This document shows, one piece after another, positions 28,001 through 40,000 of a stretch of 64,000 nt of DNA (positions are counted from its first letter, which is position 1; every line of letters starts with the position of its first letter). Origin of the DNA: Sphagnum compactum (lineage: Eukaryota); contig OZ234493.1 in NCBI GenBank assembly GCA_965153455.1, positions 11,832,213 through 11,896,212 of the forward strand. The letters run 5' to 3'. The position numbers and the translations under genes are program-made. Under the pieces are notes generated by a model that was not told the origin of the DNA, ran no database searches, and worked only from the letters and a program-made list of their open reading frames with translations.

Positions 28001-30681
28001 ACCTTTGCACCTCATTGGAATCTGAATCTGTAGCTAGTGGCAAATTGGCAATGAGCTCTACCACTTAGGCTATTGGCTTGATACTTGTACTGGCAGGGAG
28101 TATATTCCCAAGTGTTTTATTTTCTTCATGTAGGTAGATCACCCAGGGCTGCCTTCGAGGACAGCAAGGCACTTAACTTACAGATCAGCAATGGAGGAGC
28201 CAAAGAAAAAACAGTCTGTACAACAACAGCAGGAGGGAGTGGACAATTGGTACCGCATGGATGATGCCCAAGAGAATGGGCTGCAGCCATTGGAGGAAGG
28301 CCTTGCAAAAGAACATGAGGAGGGTCTCATTCAAGACTTCTCAGGCTGTCTGAGTCTTGTTGAAGATTCTGACCCATCATCTGTGACACCTTCACGACAT
28401 GCCATCAAGTCTTCTCATGCCATCAAGGAGGTACCTAGTGACAATTTCCTCCATCCCTCTCCAACTTAAGGATGATAGTTCATTTGCTGAACAAGGTTGG
28501 GAGCACTCATGATGGTCACCCAGCTGACTTGAATTTGTGGATATACAGGAGATGTGGTCTGAGGGTAGGCGCAACCATGCAAGGGATTCACGTCAAGTTG
28601 GGCGACCCCACCAACAACGTGATCTGGAGTCAATCCTTTTGAGAGGGGATATGCGCCATCGACCTGATCTAGAAACATTCACTCCACAGCTGCTGGCAAT
28701 TCACAAGGTCTCTTGAAAACCTTTTAGTAATTTCAAGGAAGCTTTTTGTAGTTGTCTGAGCATTTTTATATAAAGTGAAGTTGTTTCACACAAATCTGTG
28801 CTAAGTTCGTTTGATTGTGTTGCCTACAGGGTCTGATACCTTCTCAGGAAGAGAAGAAAAAGCAGCGTCAGTTCCTCGCTCACTTGGATAGCCTTGTCTG
28901 TAGCGACTGGCCTGGTGCCAAGCTTTTCTTGTATGGCTCATGTGCCAATGACTTTGGTGTGTGCAACAGTGACATCGATGTGTGCCTTGCTGTTGATGAT
29001 GAAAACTTTACCAAGGCACAGCTTGTTGTCAAGATGGCTGAAATCTTGCGCTCGGATAATATGCAGAATGTCCAGGTGGGTATGCTTATTTTGAAAAGGG
29101 TAGGTGGAGGAGAGACAGTATAGTATGCAGGTAACTGAGATGTTTTCAGCTCTGTCCTGTGCAACTGGCAATGTACGTGTCATAAATTTGGGATCTTGTA
29201 TTATGATGCTGGGATCTATCACTTTCCCTCCACAGGCATCTCACTGACTTTATGGGATCTGTTGTGCTTTGTGAACAGGCATTGACGCATGCTCGAGTGC
29301 CAATTGTGAAGTTTACAGATCCAGTAACAAGAATCTCATGTGACATATGTGTGAACAACATGCTTGCGGTTGTGAACTCAAAGCTGCTGCATGACTACTC
29401 ACAAGTTGACCCCCGCCTGCGCCAATTGGCATTCCTTGTGAAGCACTGGGCCAAGTGCCGCCAAGTCAATGAAACCTACCGTGGCACTCTTTCCAGTTAT
29501 GCGTATGTTTTTCTACCCATTAGTTTGTGTTGTTTGATCTTTTCAGCATCATCAAAGTGTGTCATGTGGCTGTGCTAATTCAAACTCACCAGTACATTTT
29601 AAGTTTTGTTATTGGTTTGGGTGAATGCAGCTATGTCCTAATGTGCATACACTTCCTTCAGCAACGCAAACCAGCAATCCTGCCTTGCCTGCAGGTAAGT
29701 GCAGCCCCTTCAATGCTCCTATGCTGAGTAGAAGGGATTTGTAGGATCATGACAACAAGAAATGTCCTGTGTTTTCTTGTTCAACAGGGATGAGAGCGCT
29801 CATTAACTACAAGCTGTGGGGGAGGGGGTGGGGTTAGAAAAAGCTCTGGTCTGTTTTCAGACTGTCAAGGCCAGACTTGAGAGAGTTTCAAAACAGGCCA
29901 GTTTTTCCTCAATCTAGCGTAATTAGCACTGAAGTGGGTTGGATTTAAAGTCTGGGTTGGTGCAATACAATGTGACAGGAAATGCAGCCAACATATGAGG
30001 TTGCCGTTGGCAAGATCAAATGTGCTTACTTTGATCAAGTTGACAAGCTGAAGAGTTTTGGTGAACGGAACAAAGAGTTAGTTGGTACGTTGTTGATGGG
30101 TTTCTTTGACTACTGGGCATTCCATCATGACTACAACCGCTCTGTAATCTCTGTTCGCACTGGAGGTTTCCTCAGGTACAGTCCTTGATAGTTCTCTCTT
30201 TTCTCTGTCAAATTTCATTGAATGTCAGGATGCTCACATGTGAAAGTGGAAGTTTACAACAGAGATGTTTCACAGAGGAAAGAGAGAAGCTCTGGCTCTG
30301 CTGTGAACTTTGTCAGTTGTACCTATGTAAGCGAGAAAAAAAATCTTCAAGGTACATGTTTGGGTTTTGTATAATTCACACGTTTGATTTTGAATTGCAA
30401 GTATAGAGAAGAATTCTCAGGACTTAATTAGTGCATGGGTGTGGGGATGTATGCACAGCAAAGAGGAGAAAGATTGGACCCGGCGTATAGGCAATGAACG
30501 CCACCTTATCTGCATTGAAGATCCATTTGAAGTAACCCATGACCTTGGCCGAGTTGTAGACCGCCACAGCATTCGTGTCTTACGGGATGAGTTTAACCGT
30601 GCAGCAAAGATATTGCGCCAGGACCCTAATCCTTGCACATCCTTGTTTGAACCTTTCATACGTGAGAGATTTAGTTCGTAG
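25084..30681 (+). CDS. URT1: UTP:RNA uridylyltransferase 1-like (Cid1-family TUTase) with long disordered N-terminus
   Basis: Phase-consistent exons 25084-26740, 27003-27688, 28134-28430, 28549-28707, 28830-29075, 29279-29502, 29631-29694, 29979-30175, 30459-30681. Nucleotidyltransferase motif [52 protein letters not shown] with the uridine-selecting His. N-terminal GQFLLQLLQ and DPAVAALG resemble URT1 M1/M2 motifs. Start could be a downstream ATG such as 25234. Confidence 0.93.
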
Positions 30682-33600
30682 GTCAAAAGACAGGGTTGGA
30701 TTGGACAAGGGATGACTGTAGCTTGAGCAAATCTCAATCCTCATATGTGAATGGGCCCCTGGAGCTAGAGCTCAAGATGGTGTTCCTGTTAATTGGGGCT
30801 GGTGTCAATTTTGGGTGGTTGCGGTGTTTGGGAGAGAAGAGTGAACATGGAAGGTCTTGTGGTCCAGATTGCAGATTCCAACTTTTGGGTTGTGGGGATG
30901 GGCCTCATTCCAGCAGTTCTCTGTACATAGGACTGGGGCCAAGTTTTCCTATTTGACTTCTGGGCTGTCATTATGATGTAAAGCTGGTATCATTGTGAGA
31001 TTTCGAAGTGACACTTCTTGTGGGGAACCATTCATCCTTTCCAGTAACAGACCAAGTTAGCTGCTGCAGATATTGGGTTTTGTCAATTGCAAGGTGAGGA
31101 ATACAAAGGAGGACAGGTCAACACCTTAACAACAGAAGCATATCAAATCGTGTGATTAAATGAAATCACTGTTTTTATTTATGGATTTTATGAAGGTTAT
31201 GGGCTGCTTTTCTGTTGAGGAAGTTGAAGCAGCCAGTGTATAAAGAACAAGAAGCATTTAATCTCTCTTGTTGGCACTGGGGGAAAAATGCATGAATCTG
31301 TGGAATTGATTAGCAACAGTCAGCAATTTACCTCAAAACAATGGCCAACCAGTTGACTGAGTGGATAGGTGGATGTACGAATTTTGAGAATACTCTCAGT
31401 CCATGTTGTGCAGGTAGACGCCGTTACAAAAACTTGAAGTGAAACTTTGGTTTTATAGTATTTGTATTTGAATCCAACTGGAAAATGAACCTACTACAAC
31501 GGTTCTAAATTTGGTTTTGGTTGGGTACTGTTAATCTTACTTTGTTTACATCAGTGAAATCAAGCTTTGTCATTTCGTACCTTTTTCAGGAGAAATGGGA
31601 AATAATGAGCTTTGATGCATGAGAGGGAAAGAAACGTAACAAAAGAGTATGACAACACTGCATGAAGTGAGTTCTGAAATTGCAGATTTTACACTTGAAG
31701 CTAGTTTCTCAGAGATTGGTTTTCTGGGGCTGAGAAGTGCTTTTGAGATGTGTTGCAAGAGTTGGTGGGTGTCAAAATTAGTGTATGTATTTGGAGCTTT
31801 GTCTTGCGATTCTGTCTTTGACCATGTTTCTAGTGATTGGTACCAAAGATTACCTTTCTTCTAGACCTCAATCACTATCGAAGCGGTGTCGAGAACAGTA
31901 GTGTCACATGAACGTATAGTTGCCTTGGAATACAACATTTTCTTTTACATAACAAATTTGCTTGAATTGTGAGGAGTGTATGGAAAACAAGGTCAAATTG
32001 TGAAGATGTTTTTTTGCGAGGATGATTTATATTTTGGAACAAGCTTCTCCTTGCACAAAGGTTAGTGTTTAACATAACCATGTTTAATGAGAGGTGAACA
32101 ATCACTTGAAATAAGCACTTGGCTACTCACATTGAGTAGTTCATGCATCAAGCAAGAACATTTTGTGCTCTTTTTGATGTGTCATTCATGTTTGAAAATA
32201 GTGGGAATGTTTAATATTTGATTGTTGTGCATCAAATGTGGGAGGCATGGATACTGCGATAATTCATGTTTAAAAAAAAAAAAAAATTAAACCAAATGAA
32301 AAACAACCCATTTCAATAATTTGTCAATTTGACCAACCAATTAGTTAATTTGGACAAATCATTTTGAACATGGTTAATTTGATTGACGGTCTTTTTTTAC
32401 TTTACTAGTCAAATGGTGGATCTTTTGATTGCTCAAATCAAACAATGAAGATTGGGCAATGAAAGAAAAGGTTTACAATTTGTAATTATTATTTTCTTTT
32501 CAATTGATGGCTAAAACATCATTTATTTTATTTACAAATAATTCATATTTTTTAGTCAACCCTATGGTCTACCTACCTATTACACACCTATGTATATATA
32601 TATATATATCATTAGTAACACGATATTTGAATTTAAGGTGCTTTCATGATCTATAATCATTGGGGTCAATCTATTTAACATATCAACTAGTGGATTGGAT
32701 GAAATATGGACCCTGCCTATTTTAGAAAAGCTTGTCTCTTCCTTCATGCATTAAAGGATTGAAAAACTACCAAGCTCACATAAGGCCACAAAAATGGTTG
32801 CATGAGAATAACATCATATAGAACACCCACGAAATCCTCAAGGTCACTACCACAAAGCAACAACAAAAAAGATAACAATCCCCCTTCCTTATGGGTCGTA
32901 AACTAACACACATTTCAATCATGTTTTCAAAAAAATCACAAGTGTAATAAGAAGATGCCTTAATGTCTTGAATGATTACCAAATTGGAGTGTTTGATCTC
33001 ATGATATATTGCAAAGCAAACCATAACATAATAGCAATGTCCTAAAACTTTAGTGTTAGAGAAGAAAAAAGACGTTGCCCAAACACTAAACCAAAACATC
33101 TTGTCCAAAAATCAAGTCTTATCATCCAAGTCCCCTCATTCACATTTAGCCCACCCCTTCATGAAATCTCCAATTCAAATAGACCATAAAACTAAATGAT
33201 GTGTCCATTTGTATTTCTTACACCCCTATCAATATTCCTTGTATATATATGTATATATAATTTTATAATTATTTAAATACATTATCCACATAATAGGGTA
33301 CCATTTTATTTTGAAGAACTTTATAATTTTTACTCTTCACAAAATATATTGCATGTTGAATGTTTTTGCACAACATTTGGTGATATTTGAAAGTGACCAA
33401 ACACAACAGTTTCTCATTTAATAAAATAAAAATTGTTACAAAAAAAAGGTCAATTCAAAATTCATTGTGTAAATTCAACTAGTACTTAATAAAAAAGAGA
33501 AATTTTATTATTAATAAAAATAGAAGGTTGAAATGTGAGGGATGGGAATGTTATTAGTTGTGGCAAAAGTTGGAATGTTAATTTGAGATGCATTAAAATT

Positions 33601-33800
33601 CCATATAATTTTCTTCAAGTGCAATTAGTAAATTTTGTTGGAATTTTTTAAAAATAAAATCATTAACGTCAACTAACTCTATTTAACACATAAATTTATG
33701 TTATACTTTTTTTTTAAAAAGTCACTTGTTGCTATAATTTTTAAAACATGTCCCTGTGCCCCGAAAGGCCTTTTGACATTCAATTTTGACCATAATATAT

Positions 33801-34447
33801 TGTTGTGATGTGTAGTGTCGTGACGTTTGGTGTCGTAAGGGTGTAAATCCATAATAAATTCTATTGAACAAAAAGACTAAAAGTAGTCAAAGGTAGAAAC
33901 TAATCAACCAAAAAGAGATGCACACACATATATATACAATGCACAAGAAGAGGCTAAGATGAAATTCTCATGTATTAAATTGAAAAGAAGGGAAGAAAAC
34001 GTAATGTATGTAAACGGTGGTTGTGTAATAGCCGCCGTGAGCATCTAAAAATCCTGTTTAACTATGGAGGAAACTCTCCTTGACAAAGGAATTCTAAAAA
34101 AACTTACAAGAGAAGGGAAGAGCTTGGCCTTTTATACAACCGTCAACAAGTTGAAACCCTAAACAAGCCATAACCCTAAAACACTTAAGAACGTACATTA
34201 ACCCTAAAGGCATGATTGGTATTCCCGTAACCGGCCGTCATGTACGAGGCCATGCATACGGGCATGATAGTTGTCGTGGCGTGTAGTGTTGTGACGTTCA
34301 ATGTCATAAGGGTGTAAATCCATAGTAAACTCTATTGAACAAAAAGACTAAAACCAGTCAAAAGGTAGAAACTAATCAACCAAAAAGATATGCACGCACA
34401 TATATATACAATGCACAAGAGGAGGCTGAGATGAAATTCTCATGTAT
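33801..34447 (-). repeat. Terminal repeat block A-B-A (A about 175 bp in two direct copies, B about 295 bp)
   Basis: 33801-33975 and 34272-34447 are near-identical; B is the reverse complement of 61377-61690. Confidence 0.9.
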
Positions 34448-35503
34448 CCCCCCCCATACCTGAGCCGGGAAAAGCGTGGCATGGTCTGAGTAGAAATCAA
34501 GGTGTTGCAGGAGAACATGATGAATAGTACCAAATGCCGACGAGAACTTGAGTGAGCTCCGACTTGAAGCAGAATAGATGGTATCGACCATTACAATTAT
34601 TGCAAAGTAGCATCTGATCAGCATCCTCTGTCCTCTGACATACCTGACATGGATAGTCAAGTGGAGGAATCCAAGATGACGTGATGATGGTAGGATCTAA
34701 GTTCGGCAGGTGGCAGGGTGCATAGTTTTTGGAGTGATCCCGAATTGTGCGTCCGTCAGCTCCTTGCAACTCCAACACACTTGAAAGCCTAATCGCCTTA
34801 ATCATCAAGATAATGCGACTAGAAGAAGTGTCTAGAGTATCATTAGGTTGCCGCTGAAAATACACAAAGTCACCAACATCAAATTGTCTCACTTTAGGTT
34901 TATAACTGCCACCTCATGTGTGTGCATACCGTAAAGTGTCTCGATGCTGTGCAATGGACAAGTTTTCCATGGCCATGGGCATAACCCTCCAAAATAGAGC
35001 AACCTTATCTGTGATGACCCTAGCCCAAGTGGCTAGGGAGTCCAAGTCCACAACCTGGTCCATTTAAACAACAATGGAAGAGGGTGGAATGAGATGTCTC
35101 CCAAAAAGTAGAAAGTAAGAAACGAAATGAGACAAAGAAGCGTGTTTGGACATCCCATAACCCATGGCGATGTAAGGTAGGGCCAGGTCCCAATCCTCTT
35201 TGTTCCCAGTGAGGCAAATCTTTCGAAAACCCTTCTTGCATGTCTGAACCATCCTCTCTGCAAGGCCATCAGCTTAGGGATGATCCTTTGAAATTCGACG
35301 ATGGTCAATGAGAGCATGATCAAGTAGGTCTTGGAATTTTCCTCTGAATTCTGATCCTTGATTAGTAAGGCACTCAGCACAAGCCCCAAACCTACTTAGG
35401 ACTTGTTGTAAGAAAGCCTGGTTGGCGATGTGTGATGACTTGTCCGGTACGCAACAAGCTTGACCCACTTTGAAAAATGCTCAATCATAATCATGATGTA
35501 GAC
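33801..35503 (-). mobile_element. 3' part of a decayed Ty3/Gypsy-type retroelement: integrase + PHD finger, G-tract, then repeats A-B-A
   Basis: rve core MIEHFSKW...RFGACAECLTNQGSEF...HP*ADGLAERMVQT; then YKPKVRQFDVGDFVY and PHD CQVC...LLCNNC...YHLFC...WYYSSC (stop at 34497). C8 tract at 34448-34455. Repeat A at 34272-34447 and 33801-33975, with B at 33976-34269 between them. Confidence 0.88.
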
Positions 35504-35559
35504 CTTTGAAGTTTTCAATTAAATGAGAATATTAATCATTTTGTTGTTGTTGTTTTGTT

Positions 35560-36580
35560 TTGCAATTTTGTTCTATAATTGTTCTCTATTACAACAAAAA
35601 ATTTATTGTGAAGGTTATTGGTCAAGTGCCTCCATTTCTGACTCGACAAATCTCTCAAATTATTATGGATTTTCTTTTTCCAATTGTCTCTGCATGTGTT
35701 CTTAACCAATCACATGGACATAACCTATTTAGTAATGCATTACATTCTACAATTTCCATGAATTTAAAACTTAAGGAAGAAATTCAAGTTTTTCTTTCAT
35801 TTGAAATCCTAATGGATGATGATTTAATTATTGCTAATGAGTTGGCTTTGATGGCTTCTAACATTAGAAGGGAGGTTTGTGGTGTGTTGGATTCTTTCCT
35901 TTCATTCTTAATGAAATATAAAAACAAAAAAACTCATAATATGATTTTTTTGATGTTAGACCTTAGGTTTAAAACCCTTTGTATAGTATCCTCATTTGTT
36001 GAACAAGATCAAAGTGTTAGTTATGTTGGAGAATATGACAAGAAATCTTTATATCTTATGTTGGTCAAATGTCATGAACATTTGCATCCTTTGATAAGGT
36101 TAGATAGAAATTATGCTGATGAAAATATTTTTTATCAAGATTGCAGTTTCAACATTTTTGAACAAAATACAAGTACAAGCGAACCAACAAAAAAGCTTGT
36201 CAAGAGGGAATTGTTGATTTTTAAATGGTACCAATTGGATGTTAAAAACATCAAATGTCCCTTTCAATGGTAGGAGAAACATGAAGCAATGTTCCCTATT
36301 GTTAGTTTTCTAATTTGCCAAATTTTGGGCATTGTTGGATCACATATTAAATTTTTTATAAAAAATTGTTGGTTGGAATGCTTGCTAATCTTAAGAAATG
36401 TCATTTATAAATTGAAAATTTAGAAAAGTTGACATTTGTCAACAAATATTGGTTTAATGACCCTAGAGTAGGATGTAAATCTCCATCTAACTTAATATAA
36501 TTCCTTAAGAGGGATATAGATTTAGAAGAGGAGTTAGAAAAATTTGAAGGTGACTTTGAAAAGGATGAAATTGTTGAAAT
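35560..36580 (+). mobile_element. hAT-like DNA transposase relic (C-terminal dimerisation region)
   Basis: 237-aa ORF with LMLDLRFK, ending DVKNIKCPFQW*EKHEAMFPIVSFLICQILGIVGS, resembling the hAT dimerisation domain; stops and frameshifts; GTGAGAACC subterminal motifs at about 36743-36785. Confidence 0.75.
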
Positions 36581-38146
36581 ATGAAAATTGTATAAATAAA
36601 TTGTTGGTTATATTTTAGGAATTTTTTTTGTAACAATACGTGTGATTTTTAATTTTTAAGAATAAAAATTTTAAAAATATTTTTTTGGTTAATTTTAGTT
36701 ATGATTTTTTAATTTGAAAAACAAGTAAACTAATAACCAGTTTGTGAGAACCGTCAAGTGAGAATCGACATTGTGAGAACCAGTTAATCAACAGACATAC
36801 CAATGTACAAAAAGACTGAGGAGATGCTGAGAATGTTTCAACTGCGTATTCACAAGTTTCATCTTCCAAGTGGAAAACATTTTGAGAATTCCAACATTGA
36901 AAGTGCCTCCTGGGCTCAGAAAAGAAGACGTTCTACAACTCAATGCAGAACCCAAGAGGTGAGCTGAAAGATTGATTGCTACACATCCCAACCAAATTAA
37001 CTTGAAATATCCTTCCACTATTGTCCCTGCTTATTTCAACTAGTTCCAGTATCATATATAACACCAGTCTGCTGCTACATTAAATCTTATGCGTTGAATA
37101 CGGTTTGCCTCATCTGTAAGGGATTGCCTCAACCTTCACATATTTCAGGCATTTTGAATGAGCTTAAACATCAGTGCCACATGTTAGAGACATAGACTTT
37201 TATCGATAAACTCTCATGAAAAGGTTGCCAGTAGTAGCAGCATGTTAGCAGTCCCGTGATAGAAGGAAGAAAGAAATTGCTGTGTACAAGGACAACAGGA
37301 GCATAGCCATGGACAACCATATTCAGAATGAGCATGCTGAAACCTTCAAAAGATACGCGAATGGGTTTACAGATCATCATGCAGCTGTGAGCTCTTTTTT
37401 GCTTCAAAAGAAGCAGAGGGGTCTTGCACCTTCTTTCACAAAATTCGCCTTTTTAGAGTAGCAATAGACTGTACAAGGAGAACGGTCTTTGCACAACCAT
37501 TTTATTAAGAGGACCATCTCATCTCTGACACCAGGGTTACATTCCACTTTGTACTGTAGCAATGAAATGGCTACACAGATTAGAGAGTGCAGACAAGGTC
37601 AATTTCACCCCCATTTCAGCACAGTTGAATTCAAGTTACAAAACACATATCCAAAAGTAAAGACAAAATGCTTTATTTACCTTCATTATTCAAGCAGAAA
37701 TCATCCAAAAGATTGCCAGTCTTAACCCTCCCCCTCCCAAGCATGGACACTCTTCCTTGCACCATGTAGAACAGTTAATCTGGGATATTAAATCCATCAT
37801 ACCTACTACATTTCTGAGTAAAGAAGAGTCCAAAAATGGACCATCCCTCTGCAAAACCTATTTCCTTGTGTCTGGAATGTGTTCCCGAACTGAAAGACCA
37901 CCTGCATATGCCACAAATGCTGGTTAATGTAGAGAAGGAAAAAAGAGGGCAATAATCAACAATCAGGCTCAAACATGAATTCTGGAGGGGCTTAAAAAGT
38001 TCTGCAAAACCTGCAACTTTTGAAATGAGTTTGCCTGCCATAATATGTGTTTAAACAGGCTATCAATTGAACACAAATATTGCACAAGAAACAAGAGACT
38101 AAAATATTCTCGATTTCATACCAATGAAAACTGTACATAGTCCTCT

Positions 38147-39221
38147 TTACTCAGCACGAACTGTGATTTCGCCTGCATCCAATTTTGCATAGAACTCCTC
38201 AGTCTTACGGCGTTCATTCACGTGATGCATCTTCCAGAAGGATGCACCTGCACACAACAGTTCACCCACAATGCTCCAATCCCATCAGCATCCCATTGGA
38301 ACTATGCAGATGGTGGATGTCGGTGCCACCTAGGATGAGGCAGTCACACATAATAATACAAGTACCAAAATGACTCAACAAGCTGACAAGGAAATAGGGT
38401 TTTCAAGATTCAGTGCTGGAAGATGTGAGAAACACAACAATCACACTCCTCATTTTAGAGTAAGATTACTAGTTCAAGAACTTTTCACAACAGTTGTGCT
38501 ACACAGAAATCACTGTGCCGGTGAAAACTTAAATGTGTTTTCAAATAGAACAGAATCTAGTAGGTTAGAGTAAGAAATAGAGAGAGGACACACAAGTAGA
38601 CAAAGTTTGTTGCACACAAAGTATCTTCATTCAGCACCATCCTCTTCCTAATTCACAAGTTTATCAACAAGCTCATATTGCAGGAAGAGAACTTTTACAA
38701 GAATTAAGTTTTGAAGATTAATTTTGCAAGAGAATTTTTACCAAGAGTTGGGTTTTGAAAATTCTGCCACAAACTTTGGCTCTACTGACTTTCAACAAGC
38801 ATGCTCACGTTTCATATACTAGATTCAAAACCTGTACAAGTCTAGATTCTAGATTTTTCCTACTATAAAATCATGTTGGTAGTATGGTTGGCAAGAAAAA
38901 GAAAAGAAAAAAGAAAAAGAAAAAGAAGGCACTACTATGATTAGACACACAATTGAAATATTTCTACTATTGCACCATGAATAAGACCAAACACTAGTAA
39001 AATATAAAATTAAAAAACCCTCAAAAAAAAACTGGCAACAGACAGAGAGAGAGAGAGAGCTCCTGGCCATACATACATATATACAGGTACACTACTCGAA
39101 AAACAAGAGAAAAACCTCACTCCGAAACAAAAGAACATATGCTAGAAACCGCCAATGATGCCATTTCACTTAGTCCAGGAGTAAGAAGGGTGCAGGATGA
39201 TGATTTCCATGTTATGCAAAA

Positions 39222-39267
<46 letters not shown>

Positions 39268-39502
39268 CGAATACTAAAAACATTATGTGGAAAGCCAGCT
39301 GAAGCACAAACCACAAAACATGATGTTGAAATCCTGACTACTTGGCAACAGAAAGATAGAAGGGACACACAGAGAGACAGAGAATTCTGGACTCACAGAA
39401 TACACCGAGACCCAAGCCAGTGAAAATCTCCCTCAAGAGACTGGGTTTAGATCTAGCAGCTGCCGCCACGGCATCCACCGGCAATCTCTTTGCATGAGCC
39501 AT
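38147..39502 (-). CDS. COX5C: Cytochrome c oxidase subunit 5C (68 aa)
   Basis: Exons 39502-39397 (donor GTGAGT) and 38247-38147 give MAHAKRLPVDAVAAAARSKPSLLREIFTGLGLGVFCASFWKMHHVNERRKTEEFYAKLDAGEITVRAE*, matching the plant COX5C pattern PS..KE..G..LG...WKMHH.NE.RKT..FY. Confidence 0.92.
39220..39262. repeat. (CA)n microsatellite in the COX5C intron
   Basis: Long acacac tract. Confidence 0.9.
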
Positions 39503-39856
39503 TTGCAGTGCCGTAAAAAAAACACACAAATCAGTCAGTAGCTAGCGGTGTGTAGTTCTCGAGTGCGTTGCGCTCGTCGCCTGCGCAGCGATGGTGGATA
39601 GAGATTGCGCTCGCTCGCGCAATCGATCTCGATCTCCACAAGAGTCGAGGAAACCCTAAAAGACGATTTTGGCACACTGCTTTGTGCGCGTGTGTCGTAG
39701 CAGCTATCATCTGTCGATGGATGACAATCGTTCGTCCTTTGGTTCTCATCCATCGGAAGGAATCGCACCGATGTGATTTTTTAAATCGTCAAATTTCGGG
39801 ATTTTTTTTTTGGGGGAATTTTTTTCCCTCAATATTTGGACTTTAGTTTGGTAGCA

Positions 39857-40000
39857 TTTTAATAACTATTTTTTAAAAAATAATTATTTTAATAACTATT
39901 TTTTTAAAAATGTTTATTTTAATAACTATTTTTTAAAAAATGTTTATTTTAATAACTATTTTTTAAAAAATGTTTATTTTAATAACTATTTTAAAAAATA
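39857..40000 (+). repeat. AT-rich tandem repeat, about 5 x 30 bp
   Basis: ttttaataactattttttaaaaaatgttta repeated head to tail. Confidence 0.85.

Noticed and set aside
36790-38100. Separate gene downstream of COX5C
   Set aside because: Genic composition and some splice-like sites, but no coherent reading frame; more likely 3' UTR or non-coding exons.
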